Source of the DNA: the human T2T-CHM13v2.0 reference genome, Homo sapiens
Direction: 5' to 3' (one strand)
NCBI RefSeq assembly: GCF_009914755.1
Contig: NC_060935.1
DNA: 64,000 nucleotides
Shown: positions 51,346-64,000 of the stretch, piece after piece
How positions within the stretch are numbered: the first letter of the stretch is position 1
Layout: each line of letters opens with the position of its first letter
The notes under the pieces: model-generated
The model's input: only the letters and a program-made list of their open reading frames with translations
Database searches by the model: none
Told to the model about the DNA's origin: nothing
Program-made: the position numbers and the translations under genes

Positions 51346-51905
51346 ACAATGAGAACACTTGGACACAGGAAGGGGAACATCACACACCAGGGCCTGTTGT
51401 GGGGTAGGGGGGTGGGAGGGATAGCATTAGGAGATATACCTAATGTAAATGACGAGTTAATGGGTGCAGCACACCAACATGGCACATGTATACATATGTA
51501 ACAAACCTGCACGTTGTGCACATGTACCCTAGAACTTAAAGTATAAAAAAAATTTTTAAAAAAATGGATGGACATTCCGCAATATACTACAACATGGATG
51601 AAACTTTACGACATTATACTAAATGAAATAAGCCAGTCACGAGAAGAAAAATACTGTATGAGTCCACTTATATGAGGTACTTACAGTAGTCAAAATAATA
51701 GAGACAGAAGACAGATTGGTGGCTTCCAGGGGCTGGGAGTAGGGAAGAATAGACAATTATTGTTTAACGAATACAGAGTTTCAGTTTTACAAGATGAAAA
51801 GAAGTATAGAGATGGATGGTGGTGATAGTTGCACATTTTGAATATATTTAATACCACTGAAGTATACACTTAAAAATGCTTAGAAAACTATATTTTATTT
51901 TGTGT

Positions 51906-52074
51906 GTTTTTTTATTTTTTATTTTTATTTTTTGTTAAAGAAAGGTTTATTCTTTTAGAGATGGGGGTTCCGCTATGTTGACCAGGCTGGTCTTGAACTT
52001 CTGGCCTCAAGAGATCCTCCCATCTCTGGCTCCCAAGGTGCTCGAATTACAGGTATGAACCACCATGACCGGCC
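51906..52074 (-). mobile_element. FLAM monomer in the L1MB 3' end
   Basis: Antisense left-type monomer; flanks TATTTTAT..TGTGT. Confidence 0.85.
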
Positions 52075-52699
52075 TATTTTATGTGTATTTTACCACAATT
52101 TTAGAAATTGGAAAAAAAATGTGGAGGGTATGGTATATGACTGGAAAAAGAAGTCACAAAACTGAGGGATATAAATACTTGAATGCAAACAGTAATATAA
52201 TCACAGTATAACTTACATTTATTAAATAGAGTATACCCATAATTATAATTAGGTAAACTTAGTATAAGCTAGGAGATATAAAATTTTCTCTAGAACTGGT
52301 ATAATACTAACCCTGGAGATCTGGCTACCTACTCTACTTGTTAGAGCTTCCTGGAGTGGAAATACATTCCAGTATCAATGCACAGAAGAGGTTTAATAAA
52401 TGTCCATGGAACAAATAAATAAATATTGATGGAAGGAATAAATATAAGCTTTATCCTAAAAGAATATATAAAAGTAAGCCTTAAGAGAGTCCAGAATTAT
52501 ATCACAAAAAAGGTTAGGAGGAATATAAAATTGGAAGGGAGCAGGAATTGGAATATATTAATTTTTGAAAACTGCTGGATCTGTCGGGAAATACTGTGAC
52601 CTTTTTTAGGTCACTAAAACTCTACACAAGGAACACTTCCAGAATGGCATAGTGAGGAGGCTGGCAAATCGTTTAACATAAAGCCGCAATAAAACTGTA

Positions 52700-53063
52700 C
52701 AGGTAGTCTCTGACTTATAAAGATTTGACTTCGGTTTTTTCAACTTTATGATGGTGCGAAAGCAATATACATTCAGTGGAAACCATATGTTGAATACCCA
52801 CACAACCATTCTGTTTTTCACTTTCAGTACAGCATTCAATAAATTACATGAGATATTCAACACTTTATTATAAAATAGGCTTTGTGTTAGATGATTTTGC
52901 CCAACTTTAGGCTAATGTGAGTGTTCTGAACATGTTTAAGGTAGGCTATGCTAAGATACGATGTTTTCAGATAGGTGTATTAAATGCATTTTTGACTTAC
53001 AATATTTTCAACTTAAAATGAGTTTATCAGGATATAACTCCTTCCTAGGTCAAAGAACATCTG
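52700..53063 (-). mobile_element. MER47A (Tigger/TcMar MITE), full length
   Basis: About 364 bp, CAG...CTG termini, TA target duplication on both sides. Confidence 0.9.
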
Positions 53064-53085
53064 TACAAAACTGTTAAAACAATCA

Positions 53086-53430
<345 letters not shown>

Positions 53431-53929
53431 CCAGAGGCACATGACAAATTAAAAAGCATTTATAAAGGAAAAAAATCAAACTATTGAACCTTGGTAAGAA
53501 AAATATGAATCTATGGTATTTTGAGTTTTTGCAATCCCTACACTCCCTACCCCCAGCTCCAACATAGTAGTTCTATCAGGACAGTAAAATCCATGAAAAT
53601 CAGCAGCTCTGCAATGTAATTTGGTGCATAGGACATTGTCAGAAACATGTGATCTTGGTAGTAAATGATCAGGGAAAGTCAATATCATTGCTGGCTGAAA
53701 CTGTAGTTTTGGTTGGGAAAAGTAACAGACCAGCCAGAAATTTAATAGGCAGATCTAGGGAAAAAGACAGCCATAGTGGAACCTGATACCCTTGGTGGTC
53801 TGGAAGGCTGTGTACAAGGGCACGGTTATGCACATGCCCAGGAGAGACCACAGTGGGCTACAGATTTCAATGGCTGAATGTGAAGCCTTGCATACATAGA
53901 AATAAAATTGGGGCAGACTTGACTGAACT

Positions 53930-54225
53930 CTATTTCTTTGTTCTTGTTTTTTTAGAGGTAGGGTCTCACATGGTTGCTCAGGCTGGAGCACAGTGGCACA
54001 ATTACAGCTCACTATAACCTTGAACTCCTAGGCTCCAGCAATCCTCCCACAGTTAGGACCACAGGCATGCACCACCATGCCCAGCTAATTTTTTAAAAAT
54101 TTCTTGCGAAGACAGGGCCTTGCTGTGTTACCTGGGCTGGCCTCAAGCTGTTGGTATCATGCAGTCTTCCTGTCATGGCCTCCTAAAGCACTGGGATTAT
54201 AGGCATAAGCCATAGCCACATGGCC
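53930..54225 (-). mobile_element. AluJ-type SINE
   Basis: TSD TTGACTGAACT at 53919-53929 and 54226-54236. Confidence 0.92.
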
Positions 54226-54397
54226 TTGACTGAACTTTAAAGGTGTTCCCCAAACTATACACAGATTAATTAGCAAACAGTAGAGCCTTACTAGGCTCAA
54301 GATGTTTAAGTACAATCTCTTCCCAGTTATTAGCTGACCACTAGCTATGTTGACCCAGGGGCAATTCCTAGGAAAGAGATTTAAAAATAAAACCAAA

Positions 54398-54548
54398 TTG
54401 GGCACAGCAGCACACATCTGTAGTCCCAGCTACTCAAGAGGCTGAGGAGGGACAACTGCTTCAGCGCAGAAATTCGAGTCCAGCCTGCACAACATAGTGA
54501 GACCCCATCTCATAAAAAATAAAATAAAATGAAGTAAAATAAAATAAA
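54398..54548 (+). mobile_element. FLAM_A-like monomer
   Basis: TGTAGTCCCAGCTACTC...TTCGAGTCCAGCCTG...; (AAAAT)n tail. Confidence 0.8.
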
Positions 54549-54734
54549 AACAAGAATTAGAAAGGAAAAAATTAAGAAAAGATGTCAGTAGCTACACACT
54601 ACAGGAAAGAAAGACTACAGAATCAACCCCGTTAACTCACTAAACAAATAAACCAACAAACAGCAGCAATATCAAAAATCCTTAGGTAGGGATGGAAATC
54701 AGAATCTGGAGTTGCCATCATACATTATTTAAAA

Positions 54735-54935
54735 CAGCGATCAGCAAACTACAGCTCATGGCCCAATTATGGCCTACTGCTTGTTTTTTAAATAAAGGTT
54801 TATTGGAAGACATCTACTTTCATTCATTTACATATTGTCTATGGCTACTTTCACATTACAATAGAGACCACATTGACTACAAAGCCTAAAATATTTTCTA
54901 TCCAGTCATTTATAGAAATAAATTGTTGACCTCTG
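54735..54935 (+). mobile_element. MER58A-like hAT-Charlie MITE
   Basis: CAGCGATCAGCAAACT...TGTTGACCTCTG; 8-bp TSD AT(T/C)TAAAA. Confidence 0.85.
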
Positions 54936-56159
54936 ATCTAAAATGTTCAGTTTTCAACAAAAAATTGCAAGACATACAAACAAAAAGTGGGGCCCATATA
55001 TAGAAAAAGGTGCAGTTAATGGAAACTTTTTCTGTAGGGGCCCAAATGTTAGACTTAGCAGACAGACTTCAAGGCAGCTGTTGTAAATATGTTCAAAGAA
55101 CTAAAGAAAACAAAATTTTAAAAATTAAAGTATGGCAACAGTGACAATATAGAATATCAATAAAAATAAATTATAAAACGAAACAAATTATGGAGTGAAA
55201 AGAAAATAATTGAAATGAAAATTCACTAGAGGGGCTCAAGAGCAAATTTCAGATTACAGAAAAAGAATCAGTAAACTGGAAGATAGATAGATCAATAGAG
55301 ATTATACGATTTGAAGAAAAGAAAAGAAAAAGAATGAAGAAAAATGAACAAGCCTCAGAGATTTGAGAGATACCACCAAACATACTAACATATGTATAAG
55401 GAGAGTCCCAGAAAAAGAAGAGAAAGAGAAAGGGACAGAAAAAAATGGCTGAAAACTTTATAAATTTGAGGAAAAACAAATCTACACATCCAAGAAGATC
55501 AAAAGAACTCCAAGTACCATAAACACAAAGAGGTCCATACCTAGAAACACCAAGGTTAAACTGTTGAAAGGCAAACACAAAGAGAAAATCTTGTAAGCAG
55601 CAGAGAAAAGTGGATCATCATTTACAAAGAAACCACAATCAAATTAACAGATGACTTTTTATCAGAAACAACAGAGACTAAGAAAGCAGGGATCAAAGTG
55701 TTTAAAGGAAAAAAAAAATCTGCCAACTAAAAATTTTATATCCAGCAAAAATAGCCTTATAGCCTTTAAATGTGAAGGTGAAATAAAGACAGTTGATAAA
55801 CAAAGACTGAAAAAATTTGTTGTTGCCAGCTTGCCTTACAAGAAATACTGAAGGAAGTTTTTCAGGCTGATGGAAAGTGATTTTAGAGTTACTCAAATCT
55901 ACAGAGAGGAATGTAGAACATCAGAAATAGTAAATATATTGGTTAATATAAAGGACTCTATACATATGTTTCTCACTTTTTCTCATAACTTCTTTAAAAG
56001 CCATAAGAGCATATAAAGCAATAATTGTAACACTGTCTTGTTGGATCTGTAACATATATGAATGTAATATAACAGCATGAGAAGGGGGGATATGGAGTTA
56101 TATTGGACAGAAGTGTCTATATTTCACCTAAATTAAGTTTATATCAATCAGTAGATTGT

Positions 56160-56769
56160 GGCCAGGCATGGTGGCTCACACCTGTAATCTCAGCACTTTA
56201 GGAGGCCGAGATGGGTGGACTGTTTGAGCCCAGGAGTTAGAGGCCAGCCTGGGCAACATGATGAGACACCATCTCTATAAAAAATGTAAAAATTGGCCCA
56301 GCACAGTGGCTCACGCCTATAATCCCAACACTTTGGGAGGCCGAGGCGGGTACATCACAAGGTCAGGAGTTCGAGACTGTCCTGGCTAACACGGTGAAAC
56401 CCCGTCTCTACTAAAAATACAAAAAAAAAAAAAATTAGCTGGGTGTGGTGGTGGTGCCTGTAGTCCCAGCTACTCAGGAGGCTGAGGCAGGAGAATGACA
56501 TGAACCCGGGAGGTGGAGCTTGCAGTGCCCAAGGTCGTGCCACTGCACTCCAGCCTGGGCGACAGAGTGAGACTCCATCTCAAAAAAAAAAAAAAAAAAA
56601 ATTAGCCAGGTGTGTTGGCGTGTGCCTGTGGTCCCAGCTACTCAGGAGGTTGAGTTGGGGGGATCACTTGAGCCTAGGAGGTGGAGGCAACAGTGAGCCA
56701 CACTTGCGCCATTGCAGTCCAGCCTGGGTGGCAGAGCAAGACCCTGTCTCAAAAAAAAAAAAAGAAAGA
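56160..56769 (+). mobile_element. AluJ with an AluY (56295-56600) nested in its linker, same orientation
   Basis: Outer TSD AGTAGAT(T/C)GT; inner Alu has Y diagnostics. Confidence 0.92.
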
Positions 56770-56836
56770 AGTAGATCGTGACAAATAAAGATGCATATTC
56801 TAATTCCTAGAACAATCACTAAAAAATTTTTTTAAA

Positions 56837-57702
<866 letters not shown>

Positions 57703-58208
57703 TAAGGTAGAAACTTAGGTTATTGATTTGACCTATATTCTTTTCTAATATAGACATCTAAAGCTTGGCACTTCCCTCTAATCACAGTTTTAGCTGCCTC
57801 TCATACATTTTGATATATCACATCTTTGTTTCCTTTCAGTTCAAAACATTTCCTAGTTTCCCTTGTGATTTAGTCTATGACCCATGGATTATTTACCTAT
57901 GCGTTGTTTAATTTGCAAATATTTGTAGATTCCCCAAATTGTCTATTGTTGATTTCTAATTTAATTCTATTGTGGGTAGAGAACATACCTGGTATGATTT
58001 CAGTCCTTTTAAATTCATTGAGACTTGTTTTATGACCTAATAATGGTCTGTTTTGGAGAATGTTCTGGGAGTATTTGACAAGAATGTGTATTGTGCTATT
58101 GTTGGATGGAGTTTCCTATAGGTGTCAAGGTGGCTGACAGTATTGTTTAGCCTTCTATATCTTTGCTGATTTTCTGTTTGTTCTATCAGTTATTAAGACT
58201 GAGGATTG

Positions 58209-58503
58209 GGCTGGGCACGGTGGCTCATGCCTGTAATCCCAGCATTTTGGGAGGCTGAGGTGGGCGAATCATGAGGTCAGGAGTTCAAGACCAGCCTGAC
58301 CAACACGGTGAAACCCTGTCTCTATTAAAAATACAAAAAGTAGCCGGGTGTGGTGGCACGCGCCTGTAATCCCAGCTACTCAGGAGGCTGAGGCAGGAGA
58401 ATCACTTGAACCCAGGAGGCAGAGGCTGCAGTGAGCTGAGATCACACCACTGCACTCCAGTGTAGGTGACAGAGTGAGACTCCATCTCAAAAAAAAAAAA
58501 AAA
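58209..58503 (+). mobile_element. AluS-type SINE
   Basis: TSD AAGA(C/G)TGAGG. Confidence 0.95.
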
Positions 58504-58745
58504 GAGTGAGGTGTTGAAGTCCCCAACTACCACTGTTGAATTGTCTATTTCTTGCTTGAATTTTGTCAGTTTTTGCTTTGGTATTTTGAGGCTGTGTTGT
58601 TAGGGTCATGTACATTTGCAAGTGCTATATCTTCCAGATGTAATGATTTGTCATTTTTGTGATTCTGATATGCCCCACTTTGTCTAGTGATATTTCTTGT
58701 CTTCAAGTCTATTTTGTCTGATGTTAATACATTTACTTCAGCAAT

Positions 58746-58867
58746 CTTTTTTTGGCAAGGGGAGTCGCTTAAAGCAACACAAGTTTATTATCTTAAGGTT
58801 CTGGAAGTCAGATGTCTGAAATGGTTTTCACTGGACTACAATCAAGGTATCTGCAGGATTCTGTTTC
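58746..58867 (-). mobile_element. Polyadenylated MLT1-LTR fragment inserted with an L1-type TSD
   Basis: MLT1C-like sequence with AATAAA (58789-58784), A7 tail, TSD TTTACT(T/C)CAGCAAT. Confidence 0.75.
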
Positions 58868-59075
58868 TTTACTCCAGCAATATTATGCTTATAGTTTACA
58901 TGGTATATCTTTTTCTTTAACTTTCAACTTATTTGTGTGTTTGACTATAAGTTGTGTTTCTTGTAGACAGACAGTTGGATCTAAGCCAGTCTGACAATCT
59001 CTGCTTATAGAATGGGCTGTTGAGACCATTCACATTTAACATTATTATCGAGATGGCTGAATTTACATTTGATCA

Positions 59076-59319
59076 CAGTGGTGCAATCTCGGCTCACTGC
59101 AACCTCCACCTCCCAGGTTCAAGCAATTCTCCTGCCTCAGCCTCCTGAGTAGCTGAGACTACAGGCGTGCGCCACCACACCCAGCTAATTTTTGTATTTT
59201 TAGTAGAGATGGGGCTTCACCATGTTGGACAGGATGGTCTCGATCTCTTGACCTCATGATCCACCCACCTTGGCTTCCCAAAGTGCTGGGATTACAGGCA
59301 TGAGCCACCACACCTGGCC
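59076..59319 (-). mobile_element. AluSc-type SINE, 3' end deleted
   Basis: GATCTCTTGACCTC diagnostic; no tail. Confidence 0.88.
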
Positions 59320-59375
59320 ATCTGTATTTTTTAAAGTTTTATTTATTTATTTATTTTTTGAGACAGAGTTTCACT

Positions 59376-59590
59376 CCAGCATAGGCCAACATGGTGAAAC
59401 CCTGTCTCTACTAAATATACAAAAATTAGTCGGGTGTGGTGGCATGCACCTGTAATCCCTGTTACTTGGGTGGATTAGGCAGAAGAATCAATCACTTGAA
59501 CCTGGGAGGCGGAGATTGTAGTGAGCTGAGATTGCACTACTGCATTCCAGCCTGGGTGACAGAGTGAGACTGTCTCAAAAGAAAAAAAAA
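59376..59590 (+). mobile_element. Alu 3' part (continuation of 57116-57202)
   Basis: Starts at CCAGC..GGCCAACATGGTGAAACCC. Confidence 0.88.
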
Positions 59591-59816
59591 GGATATTACA
59601 AGTTGACAAAACTTTAACTAGACTGACCAAGATGTTAAAAAAAAAAAAAAAAAGCAAGAGAGAGAAGGCACAGATTACCATAATCAGATCTTAAAGAAAT
59701 AAAAAAGATTGTGAGGGAATATTACCAATAGCTTTTTGTCAACAAATTAGACAACTTAAGTGACTGGGCAAATTCTTAGACACCAAGTATTGAAACTGAC
59801 TCAAGATGGAATAGAA

Positions 59817-60071
<255 letters not shown>

Positions 60072-62349
60072 GAAGGAATAGAAAATATAAGTAGACCTAA
60101 AACAAGGAAAAAAGTTGAATTAGTAATTAAAAATCTTCCCACAAAGTAAAGCCCAGGCCCAGATGGTTTTAATCAAATGCTTAAGAATAATACCAATTCT
60201 ACACACTCTTCCAAGAAATAGAACATTCCTAAATCATTCTATAAGGCCAATATTATCCTAATACCAAAAGACACAAAGACCAGAAACAAGAAAACTAGAG
60301 ATCAATATCCCTCATGAATATACACAGAAAAATCCTCAGTAAAATACTAGCAAACCAAATTCAACAACGAAAGATTGGCTTAATATCCAAAAATCAATTC
60401 ATTCAACACATGTTAATAGAATAAAAAATAAAAACCACATGATCACATCAATGGACATACAAAAAACGTCTGAAAAACTTCAAAAATCATTCATGATAAA
60501 AACTTTCACTAAACCAGGAATAGAAGGAAACTTCTTCTCAACCTGAAGAAGCTAATTAAAAATAATTTTTAAAGATAGATGAGAACTTCCTTAACCTAAT
60601 AAAGAGTATCTACAAAAAAACAAATATCATACTTAATGGTAAAAGGCTGAATGTTCTGCCTCTAAAATTGGGAACAAGGCAAAGATGTTCCCCTTGCCAC
60701 TTCTATTCAACATTGTACTACAGGTTCAAGCCAGTGCGATTAGGCAAGAAAAAGAAGTCCTGATTGAAAAGAAAAAAGTTAGCCTTTCTTTATTCACAGA
60801 AGATCTGATCCAGTATATAGAAAATCCTAAAGAATCCACAAAAAAATTCTTAGAACAAGTAAATGAGTTTAACAAGGTTACAGGATACAATATCAATATG
60901 AAAAAGTCAACTATATTTCTATACACTAGTAATAATTTCATCTGAAAATGAAATTGAGAAAACAATTTCATTCACAACAGCATAAAAATACTTAATAAAT
61001 TTGTTAAAAGAAGTGCAATATGTACACTAATCACTACACAATATTAGTAAAAAAAATAAAGAAAACTGAAATAAATGGACAGACATTCCATGTTCATAAA
61101 TTCAAAAACCCAATATTGTTAAGATTGCAATTCTTCCTCAATTAATCTGTGAATTCAATATAATCTCTATCAAAACATCAACAGTTGTTACACAGAAGTT
61201 GACAAACTGAATTTAAATTTTATGGAAATAATGACTGTACTAGAATATAAAAATAATTTTGAAAATGAAGAACATAGTTGATATACTTCCCAATTTCCAA
61301 ACTTACTACAAAACTACAATAATCAATACAGTATAATATGGCATAAGGACAGACATATAGATCAATAGAACATAATTTAAAGTCTAAAAGCTAACTCTTA
61401 CATTTATGGTGAATTGATTTTTGACAAAGTTGCCAAGGGAATTTAATGAGAAAAGGATAGTCTTTTATACAAATGATACTGAGAAAATTGAACATCTGCA
61501 TGAAAAGAAATGAATCTAGACCCTTACCTCATAATGCACATAAAAATTAATGCAAAATGGCATAGAGTTAAATGTAAAAACTAAAATATACAACTATTAG
61601 GAGGAAACATAGAAAAAATCTTCAAAAAAAATTTTCATGACCTTAGGTTAGGCAAAGATTTCTTAGATATAACACCAAAAGCACAATTTATAAAGGAAAA
61701 AAATTAATAAGTTGGAGTTCATCAAAACTTTAAATGTTAGTACTTCAAATTACACCACTAAGAAAATGAAATACATGACACAGCCTGGGAGAAAATACTT
61801 ATGAATCATACATCTGGTCTGGGTGCGGCGGCTCAAGTCTGTATTCCCAAGAGAAATGAAAACATGTGTCCACACAAAGTCTTACTATGCATTATCAGTC
61901 AAAATAGCCCCAAACCAGAAACATTTCAGATGACCATCAACCAGTAAATGGATAAACAAAATGTAATATATTCATATAACGGGATAGTATTCAGTCATAA
62001 AAAAGAATGAAGTATTGATACATGCTACGACATGTGTGAGCCTCAAAAACATTATGCTAATTAAAAGAAGCCAGGCAAAAAAAGGTCACATATTATCAGA
62101 TTCCATCTATATGAATTGTCCAGAAAAGGCGAATTCATAAGACAGCAAGCAGAAGACTGGTCACCTAGGACCAGAGGCAGGAGCTGAGAACTGACTGCAT
62201 ATGGTATACACTAGGGATTTTTCTCAGGTAATGACAGTGTTCCAAAACTGCACTTTGGTGATGTTGACAACTCTGTAAATTTACAAAAAATACTGAAATA
62301 TACACTTAAGACAGGTAAATTTTATCATATGTACATTATACCTCAATAA

Positions 62350-62657
<308 letters not shown>

Positions 62658-63814
62658 AAGAAGTCTTCAAAAAAAAAAAAAAAACTCTACATAAATTTCA
62701 ACTGTTTATATTAAATATCTTCCAAATACTATTCCTTTGATCTCTGACTTTTAAAAATGACAAGATTTCAATCATTCCTGCTCTGCAACCAATTTTTTTA
62801 ACTCCCAGTCAATTTTAAACAGATTGTGAAAGTTAATTCTCAGAAGTTTGATTCATTTTCTTTAATCTACATCATCAAGATGACAATTTTGATAATGAGT
62901 TTCTTTCATTCCCCCAATAACCCAGTGAGATGATGTAATCAGGCAAAATGAATGATCTAATGACTCAGTCTGTAATACTACCTTACAAAGCTGTGATGAT
63001 TCCAAAGCTCTTAAGTCTGCTGGAGAAATAACAATACCATTTGTCAAATAAAATGATTTATACAGTTTCTGGTATGTACAGTATAAATCACTGTCTAACT
63101 CTGGCACAGTACCCACTTTTGCATCCTGGGTTTTTAACCCTTTTTGGCCCTCTTCACATAAAGAAAAGGAATTTACATTGCTCTTCACTGGACTTGTTTT
63201 TCTCCTCAAAAAGTCCCAAATAGAGCACCAGTCTCTTTCCCCATTTCACAATTAAAGACCTCTTCCAACGCATCTCCTCCAAAACATAGAACCCTGACAA
63301 CTAACTTTCATCTGTTCTCATTAGTGAATTTACCCTTGTGAAGATAGAAGTCATTAAAAACTCATATCAATAGTTTATTTTTCTGTCAATACTGACAGTC
63401 TATTTCCCTGTTGACCAGGCACATTCCTAATTAGTTGCCCTCTCTCCATTTACAATTCCATTTTCAGTTCTCACCAGTGGCTTTCATTTGGCGTGGGCTA
63501 TATTTGATCCACAAGGGGCCTGATGGTAGGTCATGTTCTATCATTATTCCCAGCCAATCTTAAAAAAGATAAAAAGGAATCTCTCAAGTCTCTCAATCTG
63601 TGGTTTACAGGATGAATCTTTAAAATTATAAATATGCACATATAAAAATATATTTACAAATAGAAAAATAAAAACAAATGCAAAGATTTAATTTAGAGTC
63701 TTTTGGTTTCAGTTTCATTTCAAGCATCTTCTTTCCCATAAATTTCTAAATGTTAAATTCTGAGAAAATGTAGTTACAATTGAATATTCATTACATTCAT
63801 TAAAGTTCATGTAG

Positions 63815-64000
<186 letters not shown>

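Overview
Primate, very probably human, genomic DNA. It is repeat-rich, with about 45 Alu/FLAM/FAM copies, L1s of several ages, L2/MIR relics, MaLR LTRs and hAT/Tigger MITEs. I found no convincing intact protein-coding exon; nearly all ORFs in the track are Alu-, L1- or GC-island artefacts. The organising feature is a CpG-island promoter at about 26650-27740. It carries the 5' exon(s) of a minus-strand gene (strong donor GAG|GTAAGC at 27100/27099), so 1-27099 is probably its long first intron and 27.8-64 kb is upstream DNA. I cannot identify the gene with certainty; an unverified recollection suggests SYTL4 (Xq22.1), which needs a BLAT check. Small-RNA retrocopies are a 3'-truncated 5S rRNA pseudogene (1409-1496) and a Y3 RNA pseudogene (33565-33665). 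A full-length but inactivated L1PA5-like element lies at 45413-51560. I see no evidence for a new multi-gene system. The most interesting structures are: (1) a 2.26-kb inversion (57114-59376) reconstructable from split Alus and an ancient L1; (2) a near-perfect 37-bp-arm hairpin in the intron (11530-11615); (3) two tiny L1-mediated retrocopies of RNA 3' ends (35753-35826, 58746-58867); (4) an L1 antisense promoter pointing at splice acceptors inside the CpG island; (5) Z-DNA and G4 elements flanking the first exon. All subfamily calls are by eye and need RepeatMasker/Dfam confirmation.
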